Assembly (NCBI GenBank): GCA_964016885.1
Contig: OZ024753.1
Coordinates: forward strand, 38,874,001 to 38,938,000
Source of the DNA: Eledone cirrhosa
Taxonomy: Eukaryota
Direction of reading: 5' to 3'
Length of the DNA: 64,000 nucleotides
Both the position numbers and the translations under genes were made by a program. Under the pieces are notes generated by a model that searched no databases, was not told where the DNA came from, and was given only the letters and a program-made list of their open reading frames with translations. Of the stretch, positions 27,968 to 43,171 are shown in pieces; the first letter of the stretch is position 1; the number at the start of each line of letters is the position of its first letter.

Positions 27968-28452
27968 GATTTAAATAATTGTTTCTACTTTAGGCACAAG
28001 GCCAGCAATTACCCAGTACATTACTGGTACTTTATTTTATCGACCCCGTAAGGATGATTTAAATAATTGTTTCTACTTTAGGCACAAGGCCAGCAATTAC
28101 CCAGTACATTACTGGTACTTTATTTTATCGACCCCGTAAGGATGATTTAAATAATTGTTTCTACTTTAGGCACAAGGCCAGCAATTACTCAGTACATTAC
28201 TGGTACTTTATTTTATCGACCCCGTAAGGATGAAAGGCAAAGTTAACATCGGCGGGATTTGAACTCAGACTGTAAAGGGACGTAACTATGCTAGAAAGCA
28301 TGGCGTCCAACCCTCTACCGATACTGCCAATTCACCGCCCTTGTGAAAGGATGATTTAAATAATTGTTTCTACGTTAGGCACAAGGCCAGCAATTACCCA
28401 GTGTATTACTGGTACTTTATTTTATCGACCCCGTAAGGATGAAAGGAAAGGT
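27968..28452 (-). mobile_element. SINE A array: tandemly repeated 3' ends plus one full copy
   Basis: Unit ATGATTTAAATAATTGTTTCTAC..GACCCCGTAAGG occurs four times. Full copy at about 28152-28340. Confidence 0.85.
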
Positions 28453-28508
28453 TACTATATACTCATTCATTGATGTTTTAAATAGATTGATATGTATGTC
28501 GTTTAAGC

Positions 28509-28819
28509 CAGTGCTACTCAAAGTGGTGGTCCGCGGACCGGTGCCGGTACGCGAGCCATCAGCTACCGGTACGCGGCCAGTGTCCAGGCCATGCTAAGGA
28601 ATCATTTGAGGAATCTTTTTAATTACTATTTTATATATTTTGATATTATATTATTTCTTTACAAAATAAATAGAAGATAAAAAAATGGTCAACTATTATT
28701 ATATTCATTATATATATCGTTTCTGGTATGAATTAATATTACTACGAAATATTAGCGGTACGTGGCACATTGAAACAAAAAATGCCGGTCCGCCACATCA
28801 GATAGTTTGAGAAGCACTG
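28509..28819. mobile_element. hAT (Charlie-like) MITE
   Basis: TIRs CAGTGCTACTCAAA / TTTGAGAAGCACTG. Perfect 8-bp TSD GTTTAAGC (28501-28508, 28820-28827). Confidence 0.9.
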
Positions 28820-29132
28820 GTTTAAGCTATGGTGATTACGTGTTGCTTATCTGCCTTGTGCCTAAAGTAGAAACGATTATTATTGAATCCGAACTTCTCC
28901 TAAAGAATGTAAATTCACAGTATGAAGTTCTCTTCTAGAAGATATACGTTTCCTTTCATAGGTTTTTATGTAAATCATGTTAAGGAAAGGTTAAAATGCA
29001 ATTTATAGCGGGTCGTGTTTTAAGTATTTTTATTTGATCTATGTAAATGGTGATGTGCTCTGTTGACAACAATTCCAAATGTAACGTTTGTGTGTAAATG
29101 TACATATTTAAGTGTATATTTACGCACACACC

Positions 29133-29201
<69 letters not shown>

Positions 29202-29302
29202 ATAAATATGAAAACTTGATTCTAATTTATTTTATATATATATATATATAAGTATATATATATATATATTTACATGCATATATATATATATGTGTGTGTG
29301 GT

Positions 29303-29338
<36 letters not shown>

Positions 29339-29756
29339 ACCAGAATGTATGTATGTATATATATATATATACATACATACATTCTGGCGTTCATACACCT
29401 ACGCTCACGCACGTAGAAATGGCTGAATAAACGTATATATGTATTTACATATACAAATATCGTCAGAATATAAATCTTACACTCCGCTGACATGCATTCA
29501 GTTAATGTTTGTTTGAACGCTTTATGTACTTGGGTATTCAAATCAGCCACTGCAGTATACACACACACACCCACCCCTTCACCCACATATATATATATAT
29601 ATATATGAGTGTGGGAGTGTATATATATATATATATATATATAGATAATTTAATATATCAACTAACATAGGCGCACAGATGCACGTCCATACCAGCAAAT
29701 ACACAGGTTATGTCATAGTCCCTAGGTGGTTTAATGCAGGAGGATGCAGAACAATA

Positions 29757-30090
<334 letters not shown>

Positions 30091-30399
30091 ATTTTATGTG
30101 TACTATTGATGCAAGAGTGGTCTTCTCTGTTTAGAAATATCGATGTGAGGTTACGTGAAGTACTCGTTATATGATACTTTCAAGTACACATAAAACAGCA
30201 TTAAATTGCTACCTTTGAATTGCTATCAATTCTACTGGACACATATTGATATCTCACATAATATGCATATTCTATCATAACCTTAAACCTAAATATGTTC
30301 CAATATATATTCTTCGATAGATTTTGTTCAATACTATGAAGTTTATTGGTTTTGATGCTACATTTTTTATTATTATTCATACGCATAGAATTATGGCCC

Positions 30400-30950
30400 C
30401 TGCCAATCCCGCCGAGGTTAACTTTGTCTTTCATGCTTACGGGGTCGATAAACTAAAGTACCAGTCACGCACTGGGGTCGATTTAATCGACTTTCACCTC
30501 CCCCAAAATTGCTGGCCTTGTGCTATATAAGAAACCATTATTATTCATACGCATAGAGATACGGCCCTTGCCATTCTGTGTTCTAATCCCACCGAGGTTA
30601 ACTTTGCCTTTCGTCTTTACGGGGTCGATAAAATAAAGTACCAGTAATACACTGGGTAATTGCTGGCCTTGTGCCAAAAGTAGAAGCAATTATTATTCAT
30701 TAAGTGTCTTTGTAATATCTCCTTTATCCTTATGGCAAACAAAAGGTGGCGAAAGAAAGTCTTGGATTGGCAGTATCAATAGAGCGTCGAACAAGATGCT
30801 TTACTGTATAGAGTTACTGCTCTTTAACTTTTCAGTTCAAATCCTGCCGAGGTTAACTTTGACTTTCATCCTTACGGGGTCGATAAAATAAAGTACCAGT
30901 AATGCACTGGGGTAGGTTTAATCGACTTTCCCCCTCGCTCAAAATTGCTC
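30400..30950 (+). mobile_element. Three SINE A copies
   Basis: Copies at about 30400-30530, 30560-30692 and 30763-30950. Two retain the GGGG..TTTAATCGACTTTC segment. Confidence 0.8.
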
Positions 30951-31764
30951 TAGCATTAACGCAGTTCTCAGGGAGATCCAGCGTGACACAGTGTGTGGCA
31001 AGTCTGGCCTTGTAAATTAAATGTATAACTCATTTTCTTGAAGCTGAATGACTTGGAGCAAGTTGAAATAAAATGTTTTGCTGGAACACAAAATACTCCG
31101 CTCTGTCCCGTAATTGAACTGACGAGTTTACAACCGTGAGATAAAGGTTCTTACCACTAAGCCACGAAGTTTCACACATTTTGTTAAGTGTTAGATAAGC
31201 GTCTGGTCTGTTGCGCACAGACGCTTGTTAGGGGCGGATGTGCATTGGGACAATCCGACACATTAGCTAGTTAAAAACCGCATTTACTGTTTCATATTCC
31301 GTTGTAAAATAGACGTGTTAAGTCATGACTTTTTTGTTTGTCTATTTATTTACTGTGTTGTCTTTGATTTGTTCAGCCAGCAAGTGTTTCCACTTTTACT
31401 AATAGCTGTAACAGCTATTAGAAATAGAAACTTTCGAAATTCAATATGGCGTATTATCAATCTTGTTCCACTATTTATGGGGGTGATTATTGTGTGAAAA
31501 AAAACACCAACTGAATCGCTGATTATTATATTCCTTTCTTTCTTTCTGTTTTTTCCTTTTTTTCTTTATTTTTTCTTTATCTACTTTTGCTTATATGGAT
31601 TTGAGTTTTGTATTTTTACTGGGTGTATTGTTTTGTTCATATTTAAACGACAAAAACTGGTTGCACAGTCAGAGGTACGCCATTAAAGGCCCCTTGTTTA
31701 GCATTTTGTCACACAGCCTATTTATGTATCTATCTATGTATCTATCTATCTATCTATCTAGCTG

Positions 31765-31795
<31 letters not shown>

Positions 31796-31822
31796 TTATG
31801 TATATATGTATATATATATGTA

Positions 31823-31853
<31 letters not shown>

Positions 31854-32044
31854 ATATATTTATGTATATATATATATATGTATATATGTATATATCTATA
31901 TATGTATATATATATGTATATATACATATCCATACATACCTACATATATACTGTGTCTGCGAACCTTTCCCAACTTCATACTTTTAAATCCAATTTAATG
32001 ATCGACAGAATTTTGTGTTCATTTCAGTGAAACCAATCAAATAA

Positions 32045-32108
<64 letters not shown>

Positions 32109-32230
32109 GTTTTTCCTCCCTCTCTTTGACATTCTCACAATACGCAGATCCATCCGCACATCTATGTACACACATATACGCACACACACTCACTAACACA
32201 TACACACACAAGCACATATATATCTATTGT

Positions 32231-32292
32231 ATATAGAAATGATCTCTACAGGTCTAGACCTGTTTCAATCGTATGAAATCATGAGGAATACC
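32231..32292 (-). ncRNA. Decayed hammerhead motif (35461/55754 family)
   Basis: Core mutated to CTCATGA. GAAA is followed by the perfect palindrome ACAGGTCTAGACCTGT, a GUA site and the family tail CATTTCTATAT. Confidence 0.45.
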
Positions 32293-32350
32293 AGATAAAA
32301 TTGGTCAGATTCGTTATTTATTGGTTCCTTTAGGATGAATGTTGAGGTCG

Positions 32351-33115
32351 AGAACATCTGACCTCTGGCCATTCCAAGAAACCCTCTTCTCTTCTCATCC
32401 CTTGTAATTTTACCATCACCCAGATCAGGCCACACTAACAACTACGCACAGTTGTTCCGCACCTTACCAGAACATCTGACCCCTGGCCACTCCGAGAATC
32501 CCCATTTGTTTCTCTTCTCTTCTCATCCCTTGTAATTTTACCATCACCCAGATCAGGCCACACTAACAACTACCCACAGTTGTTCCGCACCTTACCAGAA
32601 CATCTGACCCCTGGCCACTCCGAGAATCCCCATTTGTTTCTCTTCTCTTCTCATCCCTTGTAATTTTACCATCACCCAGATCAGGCCACACTAACAACTA
32701 CCCACAGTTGTTCCGCACCTTACCAGAACATCTGACCCCTGGCCACTCCGAGAATCCCCATTTGTTTCTCTTCTCTTCTCATCCCTTGTAATTTTACCAT
32801 CACCCAGATCAGGCCACACTAACAACTATGCACAGTTGTTCCGCACCTTACCAGAACATCTGACCCCTGGCCACTCCGAGAATCCCCATTTTTTTCTCTT
32901 CTCTTCTCATCCCTTGTAATTTTACCATCACCCAGATCAGGCCACACTAACAACTACCCACAGTTGTTCCGCACCTTACTAGAACATCTGACCCCTGGCC
33001 ACTCCAAGAATCCCCATTTTTTTCTCTTCTCTTCTCATCCCTTGTAATTTTACCATCACCCAGATCAGGCCACACTAACAACTACGCACAGTTGTTCCAT
33101 ACCTTACTAGAACTT
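32351..33115. repeat. 128-bp tandem minisatellite, 6 units
   Basis: Unit starts at 32351, 32469, 32597, 32725, 32853 and 32981 (first unit 118 bp). Units are near-identical. Confidence 0.95.
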
Positions 33116-33761
33116 CTAACCTTCAGAATCTCCTCCCCTCTCATGTTGTTTTCCCTGCAGCCGTAACTTACAGCTGTTCAAGAGAAAAGAGAAACATGAA
33201 CTCCGTTCGTCGATTCTTACCCGTCTCAGAGGATCTGAAATGGCCACGGGGGGGGCGGCTCTGTCCTCCAGACAAAAAAATAATTTATAGAAATAAATAT
33301 AAACAAACAGTGTCTATGATGATAGGAGCACAACACATATGTGTATACAACTAAACAAATTATATATCTAAATGATTTTAATAAATCAAATCTGATAATT
33401 TACTCTCTAGGAGAGGGTAGAGATAATTTAGGATTATAATCATTAATATCCTCCAACATTTCTACCACTTCAGCAAGATTAAAAATAATATAAACAGCCA
33501 AGAAAACACCCCTATTCCATTACAACCAGTTTGACACGATAGTAATTATAATAAAATTCAATTATCCACTTTTCTTTATTATGTTTGGTTTTGTTACATT
33601 TTTCCTGGTCTCGTTCCTATCCTTCCTTGGAGCAATATATTCACAACTATTTTTCATTCCCGTTCGTTAACTTTCACCCTTTCTTTCCTTCTGTCTTCGT
33701 CTCATCCTTTCTCTTAGCTTTTCTCCCTCTCTCTATTTTAAAATATGTTTTCCTGCTTTTC

Positions 33762-33843
<82 letters not shown>

Positions 33844-33966
33844 TTGTCCCACCCCTCTCTCTCTCTCTCTTTGTCTCCCCTTCTCTCTCTGTGTATGTCT
33901 CTCTCTCACACTTCCTCTCTCTCTCCTTTCTATCTATCTATCTATAAATATATCTATATTTGTATC

Positions 33967-34078
<112 letters not shown>

Positions 34079-34228
34079 TGTATGTGTGTGTATAGCCAGC
34101 TAGTTATCTATATAAATTCCCAATACATACATACATATACATGTATGTATGTATATATGTATGTATATATATATATATTCTATATATACACATATACATA
34201 CATACATATAGATATGTATATATATATA

Positions 34229-34308
<80 letters not shown>

Positions 34309-34441
34309 TGTGTGTGTGTGTAAATATGATAATAATGGAGCTGCGGCGTTGCAAATGGGTTACATATGAAAAAGTTTGTCCTTCATCAGTGGCCTTCCAA
34401 CCGTCGTAGGCATTTCATCGCTTTAAAGGCCATATACCTCA

Positions 34442-34477
<36 letters not shown>

Positions 34478-34500
34478 ATATATATAATATAGTATATTAT

Positions 34501-34586
34501 GCATACTCCAGTCCCACAAACTGTAGAGTGCTTCTTATCCGATATCTGCATTGCTTTATTGTACTACAATAAAACTCACCTCCTAC

Positions 34587-34590
<4 letters not shown>
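34501..34590 (+). mobile_element. (TA)n-embedded retroelement 3' tail (second copy on minus at 7881-7985)
   Basis: TACTCCAGTCC.ACAAACTGTAGAGTGCTTCTTATCCGATATCTGCATTGC..AATAAAACTCACCTCCTAC is near-identical in both copies, and each runs into (TA)n. Confidence 0.55.
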
Positions 34591-34628
<38 letters not shown>

Positions 34629-34745
34629 ATATGTGTATATGTATATATACCCACGCACACACACATATATATGTGTGTGTCTGTGTGTGGATACACATCC
34701 CATTTCTGTCGCTCTCCTCTACACACCCCTCTCCCTCAATGGGTG

Positions 34746-34791
<46 letters not shown>

Positions 34792-34923
34792 CTATAACCA
34801 GATAGCAAATAAGAGGCAGCCATTACCCAGGACCTGACTCGCCTCACTCTCATATGCCCCTTCCCACACATTATTAACTCTTTCATTATCAAGTCTTTAT
34901 TTCATTATTTCATTATTTCATTT

Positions 34924-35116
34924 AGGGTGGTGGATTGGCAGTATCGGTAGAGGGTCGGACGCCATGCTTTGACGCATAGAGTTACGACCCTTGCCATTCT
35001 GAGTTCAAATCCCGCCGAGGTTAACTTTGCCTTTCATCCCTACGGGGTCGATAAAATAAAGTACCAGTAATGGACTGGGATAATTGCTGGCCTTGTGCCA
35101 AAAGTAGAAACAATTA
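34924..35116 (+). mobile_element. SINE A, full length
   Basis: A/B boxes present. Flanked by TATTTCATTATTTCATT repeats. Confidence 0.85.
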
Positions 35117-35276
35117 TTTCATTATTTCATTCTCTCTATATCATTTTGCTGTATGTTTCCACAATAATTTATTTTCTCGCTTGACTAGAGGGCGCTGCGC
35201 ACTATGTAATAGTATCTTTATTCGCCTCTACCCAATATGGAAGCTATCCCCTCTCTCTCTCTCTCTCATCTCCCTC

Positions 35277-35313
<37 letters not shown>

Positions 35314-35452
35314 CATCGCACTTAACACACATTCACTTATAGACACACTTATACAAATATATAGATGGATATAAGATGCGACGTGCATGCATGCATGTAT
35401 GTATGTATGTATGTACGTATGCATTAATGTATATATATATATATATGTATAT

Positions 35453-35648
35453 ATATAGATGAGATTCTACAGGACTAGAACTGTTTCATTCTTTAGAAAT
35501 CATCAGGAATCTCTGATGATTCATGATGATTTCTAAAGAATGAAACAGTTCTAGTCCTGTAGAATCTCATCTATATTAAAACTTTTATACTCTGCTATGT
35601 ATTGAGTACCTTACTTACTGTGGTTACCTCCGATTCAACACGGAATAA

Positions 35649-35650
<2 letters not shown>
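35453..35650. mobile_element. (TA)n-embedded hammerhead-bearing element with inverted duplication of the ribozyme region
   Basis: 35453-35505 is inverted relative to about 35524-35576. Tail 35577-35650 is homologous to 55668-55745 (minus). (TA)n on both sides. Confidence 0.65.
35461..35513 (-). ncRNA. Type I hammerhead ribozyme
   Basis: Minus strand GAGATTC-CTGATGA-tTTC(TAAA)GAAt-GAAA-CAG ttctagtc CTG-T-A-GAATCTC: 7-bp stem I, 4-bp stem III, GUA site. U-U mismatch at the base of stem II. Confidence 0.75.
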
Positions 35651-35698
<48 letters not shown>

Positions 35699-35699
35699 G

Positions 35700-36273
<574 letters not shown>

Positions 36274-37238
36274 GTGTGTGTATGTGTATGTGTCTATGTA
36301 CCTTAAGGATATTATTAACCAGTGAAATTCATTAGAACGGCATAAAATATAATGTAAAAGTGCCACAGTTGGCTTTTCAATAAACAAAAACATTTACTTT
36401 AACCTTTTTAACTTGGAAGAAATCCACAATTTGTTCTATATCTTAAAAATATATTCATTGGTTTCAACTATTAGCCTGCGACTATGCTTCAAGCACCACC
36501 CTGGTTTAGTCAATCATTAGTTGTTTATTCAAGTTTGGTACTTGTTGTATGGCTTTCTTGTATTTTATATTCTTATGTTCCTTGATATTAATACGAACAG
36601 TCACAAACATAGACATAGACAAGCATACACACACACACACTCACATACACACATACGCACACGCACACGCACACACAACCCTATATATATATATAAATAT
36701 ACACACATACATATTTGGAATTTGATTGCCCTAACTCTTAAACAAAACATGCTTTAAAACAATGTAAACTTGCTCTTCCCAACACCAAACTCTGGCTTGA
36801 AATCCTGATGTAATAAATCAGCTATGGACCGCATTAGGCACCAAATGGGGAAAGACAGACGTTGTCAGGCTGCACCTCTCATATTACGTAATTTCTGTAT
36901 AATAAAACGTATTATCTGCAGCAATTACCACCACATTAAATAATAGGCTTGCTCTTACCTTCCCTTTACGTATCTCAAATATAAACTCCATGGTAACCAT
37001 CGAGTCAAAATAATACCTAAAACATTTAGTATAACAGTGTGATGCTGTGTATTGAGATCTTGTATCAGAAACAGCATAGACCATACAAGAAAAAAACCAA
37101 AACTATTATTAGAATATAGAATAAACGAAATGGTTAAAGGATGAATATTACATAAGTTGGTTATCCAAAAGCAATATAAAATTAAGCACGTGCTTCAAAT
37201 CGCATTACAGACAAATACACTTACAATATATATATATG

Positions 37239-37343
<105 letters not shown>

Positions 37344-37386
37344 GTATATATATATGTATATATATATGTATATATATATGTATATA

Positions 37387-37509
<123 letters not shown>

Positions 37510-37560
37510 TATATATATACTTATTTATACAATATACATACATATATATATATATATTTG

Positions 37561-37677
<117 letters not shown>

Positions 37678-37681
37678 GTAC

Positions 37682-37715
<34 letters not shown>

Positions 37716-37746
37716 GTATGTATGTATGTATATATATATATAAATA

Positions 37747-37788
<42 letters not shown>

Positions 37789-37815
37789 CATACATATATA
37801 TTTATATATATATAT

Positions 37816-37846
<31 letters not shown>

Positions 37847-37869
37847 CATACATACATACATATATATAT

Positions 37870-37906
<37 letters not shown>

Positions 37907-37946
37907 CATACATACATACATATTTATTTATATATATATATATATA

Positions 37947-37986
<40 letters not shown>

Positions 37987-38246
37987 CGCACACGAATGTA
38001 AATACACAAATAAGATCAAAATAAGCAAATGGAGATTTGCAAGTATTAGTTTACAAAAATAAATCTCACTGGAATATGACGCGTATGTCCTATCTCATCA
38101 CAATTGGCCTGCAGTCTGGCAAGAGTGAAGAATGAGGAATAAACTTATATAAATGAAACAATGAGAGAAGGAGAGAAAAACAGAGGATTCAGTCAAACAT
38201 GCACACAGAAACATATTCGTAACTATATATATATATATATATATAT

Positions 38247-38441
38247 AGGAACAAGTAAGACCCCGACGGCTGAGCTCAAGCCGTTTCGACGGCTAATTCT
38301 GGAGTCCAGAATTAGCCGTCGAAACGGCTTGAGCTCAGCCGTCGAGGTCTTACTTGTTCCTATTAGCCACTCTACTACCTTAAGTATTGAGTATGTTGGT
38401 GCGTTATAGTCTACCTGGTTCCTTACCACATTTCCTTCGTT
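38247..38441 (+). mobile_element. Second copy of the (TA)n-embedded palindromic element
   Basis: Near-identical to 18821-19011. Flanked by (TA)n. Confidence 0.65.
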
Positions 38442-38471
38442 ATATATATATATACATATATATAGTAATAA

Positions 38472-38705
38472 TAATTGTTTCTACTTTAGGCACAAGGCCA
38501 GCAAATACTCAGTGCATTACTGGTACTTTATTTTATCGACCCCGTAAGGAGGAAAGGCAAAGTCAACCTCGGCGGGATTTGAACTCAGATCGTAAAGGGA
38601 CGTAACTATGCTGGAAAGCATGGCGTCCGACCCTCTACCGATACTGCCAATCCACCGCCCTTACATGGCGTCCGACTCTCTATCGATACTGCCAATCCAC
38701 CGCCA
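38472..38705 (-). mobile_element. SINE A, full length, with duplicated head
   Basis: Consensus copy 38472-38660 plus a repeat of the head at 38665-38705. Confidence 0.85.
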
Positions 38706-39191
38706 TTAAATAACATTGCTTAGACAGAAACTATGTTGAAACTTGTCGGATGGAATATGCCATCATGAGACGCTTTACCATGGTGAATCTCCCTGAGAAC
38801 ATACTTTAATGGTATATTTGTCTCTTGAATACTCAGCCACTTGCTAAATAAATTCTACAAGCTGGTTGATCCGTTCATCGCTACTATTTAAACACACATC
38901 ATCGCAAACGACTTAGGTCAATTCTATACTAAATTCTCTTATTCTGTCGACATGTGTTGAGGCAATCAAATTTGCATACTGTTTAGTTTAGTTTAGCCTA
39001 GTGATATGTCTGATGTAGCAAAGGTGCACATAACCTCTGATGCAATTGTTGCAACATTTACAGGATATCCTATTGGGAGTGACATGCAATACTTTTCAAA
39101 ATGTCGGCGATGGTGTGCTGGGTGGGAGGTGATGCGGGGGAATTAATGCTCTTTTACGCTGGGCGAGGTGTATGTCTGTGATTGTATATAC

Positions 39192-39361
<170 letters not shown>

Positions 39362-39370
39362 TTATATATA

Positions 39371-39439
<69 letters not shown>

Positions 39440-39444
39440 GTGTG

Positions 39445-39488
<44 letters not shown>

Positions 39489-39647
39489 AGTGTGTGTCTG
39501 TCTCTGTGTGCATACACATACATATATCTACATACATATATACATGTATATTTATGCGTATGTTTATGTATCGCTTTGTACATACTCAACACAAACACAC
39601 ACTCATACACACACTCACACACACACACATATATATATATATGTATA

Positions 39648-39733
<86 letters not shown>

Positions 39734-40589
39734 TTGTATTGTGTGAGAGATATTTCGTTATATATGGGACTCTGTAAATGTATAGGAGAGACAGAGAGAG
39801 AGCGAGAAGAGGGGAGAAAAAGAGGGAGAGAGAATGAGACAGTGAAGGAGTCAGGGAGCGAGAGGAGAGGAGGGGAGAAAGGGGGAGAGAGAATGCTGCT
39901 GCTACTGATGATGCCAGTGAGAGATAATGTAACTAACTACATATGTATGTGTATATGTTCCTAAAGTGAGAAATTGGATTTTGTTCAGCAACCTGTTAAT
40001 TTAAACGCTTCATTTCTCACAACAGAATATTAATTTTATTACTACTTACACAGTTTGGAATATTAATTATACAATCATCGATTTAGTTGTATTTTAATTA
40101 ATTTCTATTTCCTACAGTTGTAGCCACTGGATAATTCTCTGAGCAGAGACTTGAATGAGCAATAATATTCAACTAACCGTAATGTCTATAGGTTTATCAT
40201 ATTGCTTAAAGGCAGAGCTATACATAGTGGAAAAACTTACTTATAGTTATGCATTTCATACTAAATTTTCTATTTATCTTTCTTTGGCATCTCATTTGCG
40301 TTTAAAATATTATCATTACGATAATATATAATGTAATTATCCATCTAATTTCACGATTATAACATATCTACATATATCGAGGGAAAGCGAAGAGAATGTC
40401 ATCTATATATAGGTTGCTCTTTTTAAAAATGGCAATAATGGTTAATCTACCAAATAGATCCCTTTCCGCACAGAAAGTGACATGATTGTTTAATGAGAGA
40501 ACGTGCAGATAGTCAGGTCGATAGAATATCGTTTAATAATCTTATTGGTTGTAGGTTCGGATCGTTTCACTTGGTTTTAGATATATCTA

Positions 40590-40829
40590 GTGAAGGTGTG
40601 TGGCTGATTGGTTAGAGAGCTGGATTCGCAATCGTGGGGTTGTCTGTTTGATTCCTGGATCGGGCGACGCGTTATATCCTTGAGTAAGATACTTCATTTC
40701 ACGTTGCTCCTTTTACCTGGAGTTGTGACCGATAGATAGTATTAGCAATTGGAAAGACCAACGGAAACATTGTTTCCTCGGTCCGGTTTGACGAAAGTCG
40801 ATCGACAAATTTAAAAAGAAAAAAAATTA
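40590..40829 (+). mobile_element. tRNA-derived SINE family B, full length with TSD
   Basis: A box TGGCTGATTGG, B box GTTTGATTCC, body TCCTTGAGTAAGATACTTCATTTCACGTTGCTCC, A-rich tail, flanking repeat TTTAGATATATCTA. Confidence 0.8.
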
Positions 40830-41588
40830 TTTAGATATATCTAAGGCTTTTGTATGAAATATTTTGATGATGACCAGCCATAAAAGTCAGCTCTCTCACA
40901 TGGAGATATGTTGCCTAAAATAAACTTTGTCACTGGTTTGGTTGTAACTCATTCCTTCCCAGCTGATTGTACTGGAACAACGGCAAATGTCTTGCTCAAG
41001 GACACAACAAGAAACCCAAACTCATAAATTTACAATCATGGGCCTAACAGCCTTACCACGTAGTCATCTACCTTCAGAAATGTGAAGAAATCGTTTGTTA
41101 ATTAGTTGAATAATAATATTTATATATCAAAACAGCCATGCAATTATCGTGTTAATATTTGTGGACGAAAATTGCTATCGTAATATTATTTGTTTATAAA
41201 GATAATCACGCGACAAAGCTGAAATCCCCAACGGATATTTGTATTAATACAGATATAACATAATAGGTATATAAGCAAGTCTGTATATTAAATCTTTGTT
41301 ACATTACAGTACATCGGAACACGACATTATAAACAATAAAAACAGATCAATAAAACTATTTGATCTCTTGTATAGGTATTATCGTGAAGATTTTACAATA
41401 TTGTCTACATTGTAGAACTAACACCAGATGATACAAATTACAAATTGATAATAATATTAATAAAATTGAAATTGTTTGTAATATAATATTGTTCTATATG
41501 ATGAAATAAATGTTGTTATCCTGTAGAATTCATAAGATTTTGATATGATCTTCTCTAACCAATTTATAAAACGTGATGTTTGTATTAC

Positions 41589-41776
41589 CTTATTTTCGTA
41601 CTTTCAACGTTTTGTAATAATGAATGACATCTTGGGTGTCTTCTGAGGAATCTTTTCCGTTCCTTTGATAACTCTCGACGGCAGCTTAGGTGCACCTGTC
41701 GTCCGTAAACCTTTCGACATATCTGGTCAAGCTGAAATTCATCTTTCGATATTCTGTGATCAATCACATCGTTCAT
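41589..41776 (-). other. Possible exon (unverified)
   Basis: Non-repetitive open frame MNDVIDHR..VESTKI ending at an AG|GTAATA donor-like site. No recognisable homology. Confidence 0.2.
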
Positions 41777-42793
41777 TCCACCCCAATAGAAGAGAAAGCG
41801 GGGCCATGGGAGAAATAGAGTGCTGTACAGCGAAGTGTAAAGACATATGATACTCTGGTCGATTTGATGATGCAGGTATTAAATGACATCGTAAAAAAAG
41901 TAAGGGCAACTCTCAAATTTCGTTAGTGGGAAGAAATTGTTAGAACGGACACCTTACCTAAAGAGTATACTCTGTCAAGGCTTTAAGCTGGAAATGTCGA
42001 TAGAGCGTCGGATAGAATGATTTGTAGCATTTGGCTCGTCTTTCTGTGGTCTAAGATCATATCCAACTGAAGTCAAATTCGTCTTTCATCTTTTCCAGAT
42101 CGATAAATAATTACTGGTATGGATGTTTCCACTATCACTCTCTGTTCCCTATTCTGACTTGCTTTACCTTTCTCTTGGAGAAGAATGGTCAACAGCAAGT
42201 GTAAATATTGACACACTGTCTATCACTACGGTGACCCTAAGACTTCATGAGGAGTTAAGGACCAGTGATGGGTCACAGGTGGCCAATGAATTGCCAATGG
42301 ATTCTCAGTTAGAAATCTGTTGGTATTTAACCGTTCAACGGATTAAATTTAACATCCAATACAATTTGCAAGGACGTGTAAGAGAGGAGTAGACTGGCGT
42401 ACAATGTGATCTTTGATGCACGTGGATTACAAACATACCTTTTACAGAGATGGCTGTGATTGTGATAAAGACGATATAAAGAAGCTAATATCAGAAATCA
42501 GAAATCAGAAACATCATCTCTTCAAGTTGGTGCCCTAGCACGAACGAAGTCTAAAGTTTAAAACACAATAAAAGAATAAATCTATATATACATTCTATAT
42601 ACATTCTATTTTCTTCTCTATTCTTACTACAAAGCGCTATGTAAATGGCCAGTCAGTAATTCAGCAATATCTAATGATCACTATATCAGTATTGGAATCT
42701 CACTAGGAATGATATTTAGAATGATAATTTAAGCTCCATGCAGAAATATATTTACTGTACCAAAAGAAGGAAATATATATATATATGTGAACG

Positions 42794-42852
<59 letters not shown>

Positions 42853-42870
42853 GTATATATATATATGTAT

Positions 42871-43171
<301 letters not shown>

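Noticed and set aside
32351-33115. CRISPR-like array
   Set aside because: Units are contiguous and near-identical with no unique spacers. Eukaryotic context and no cas genes.
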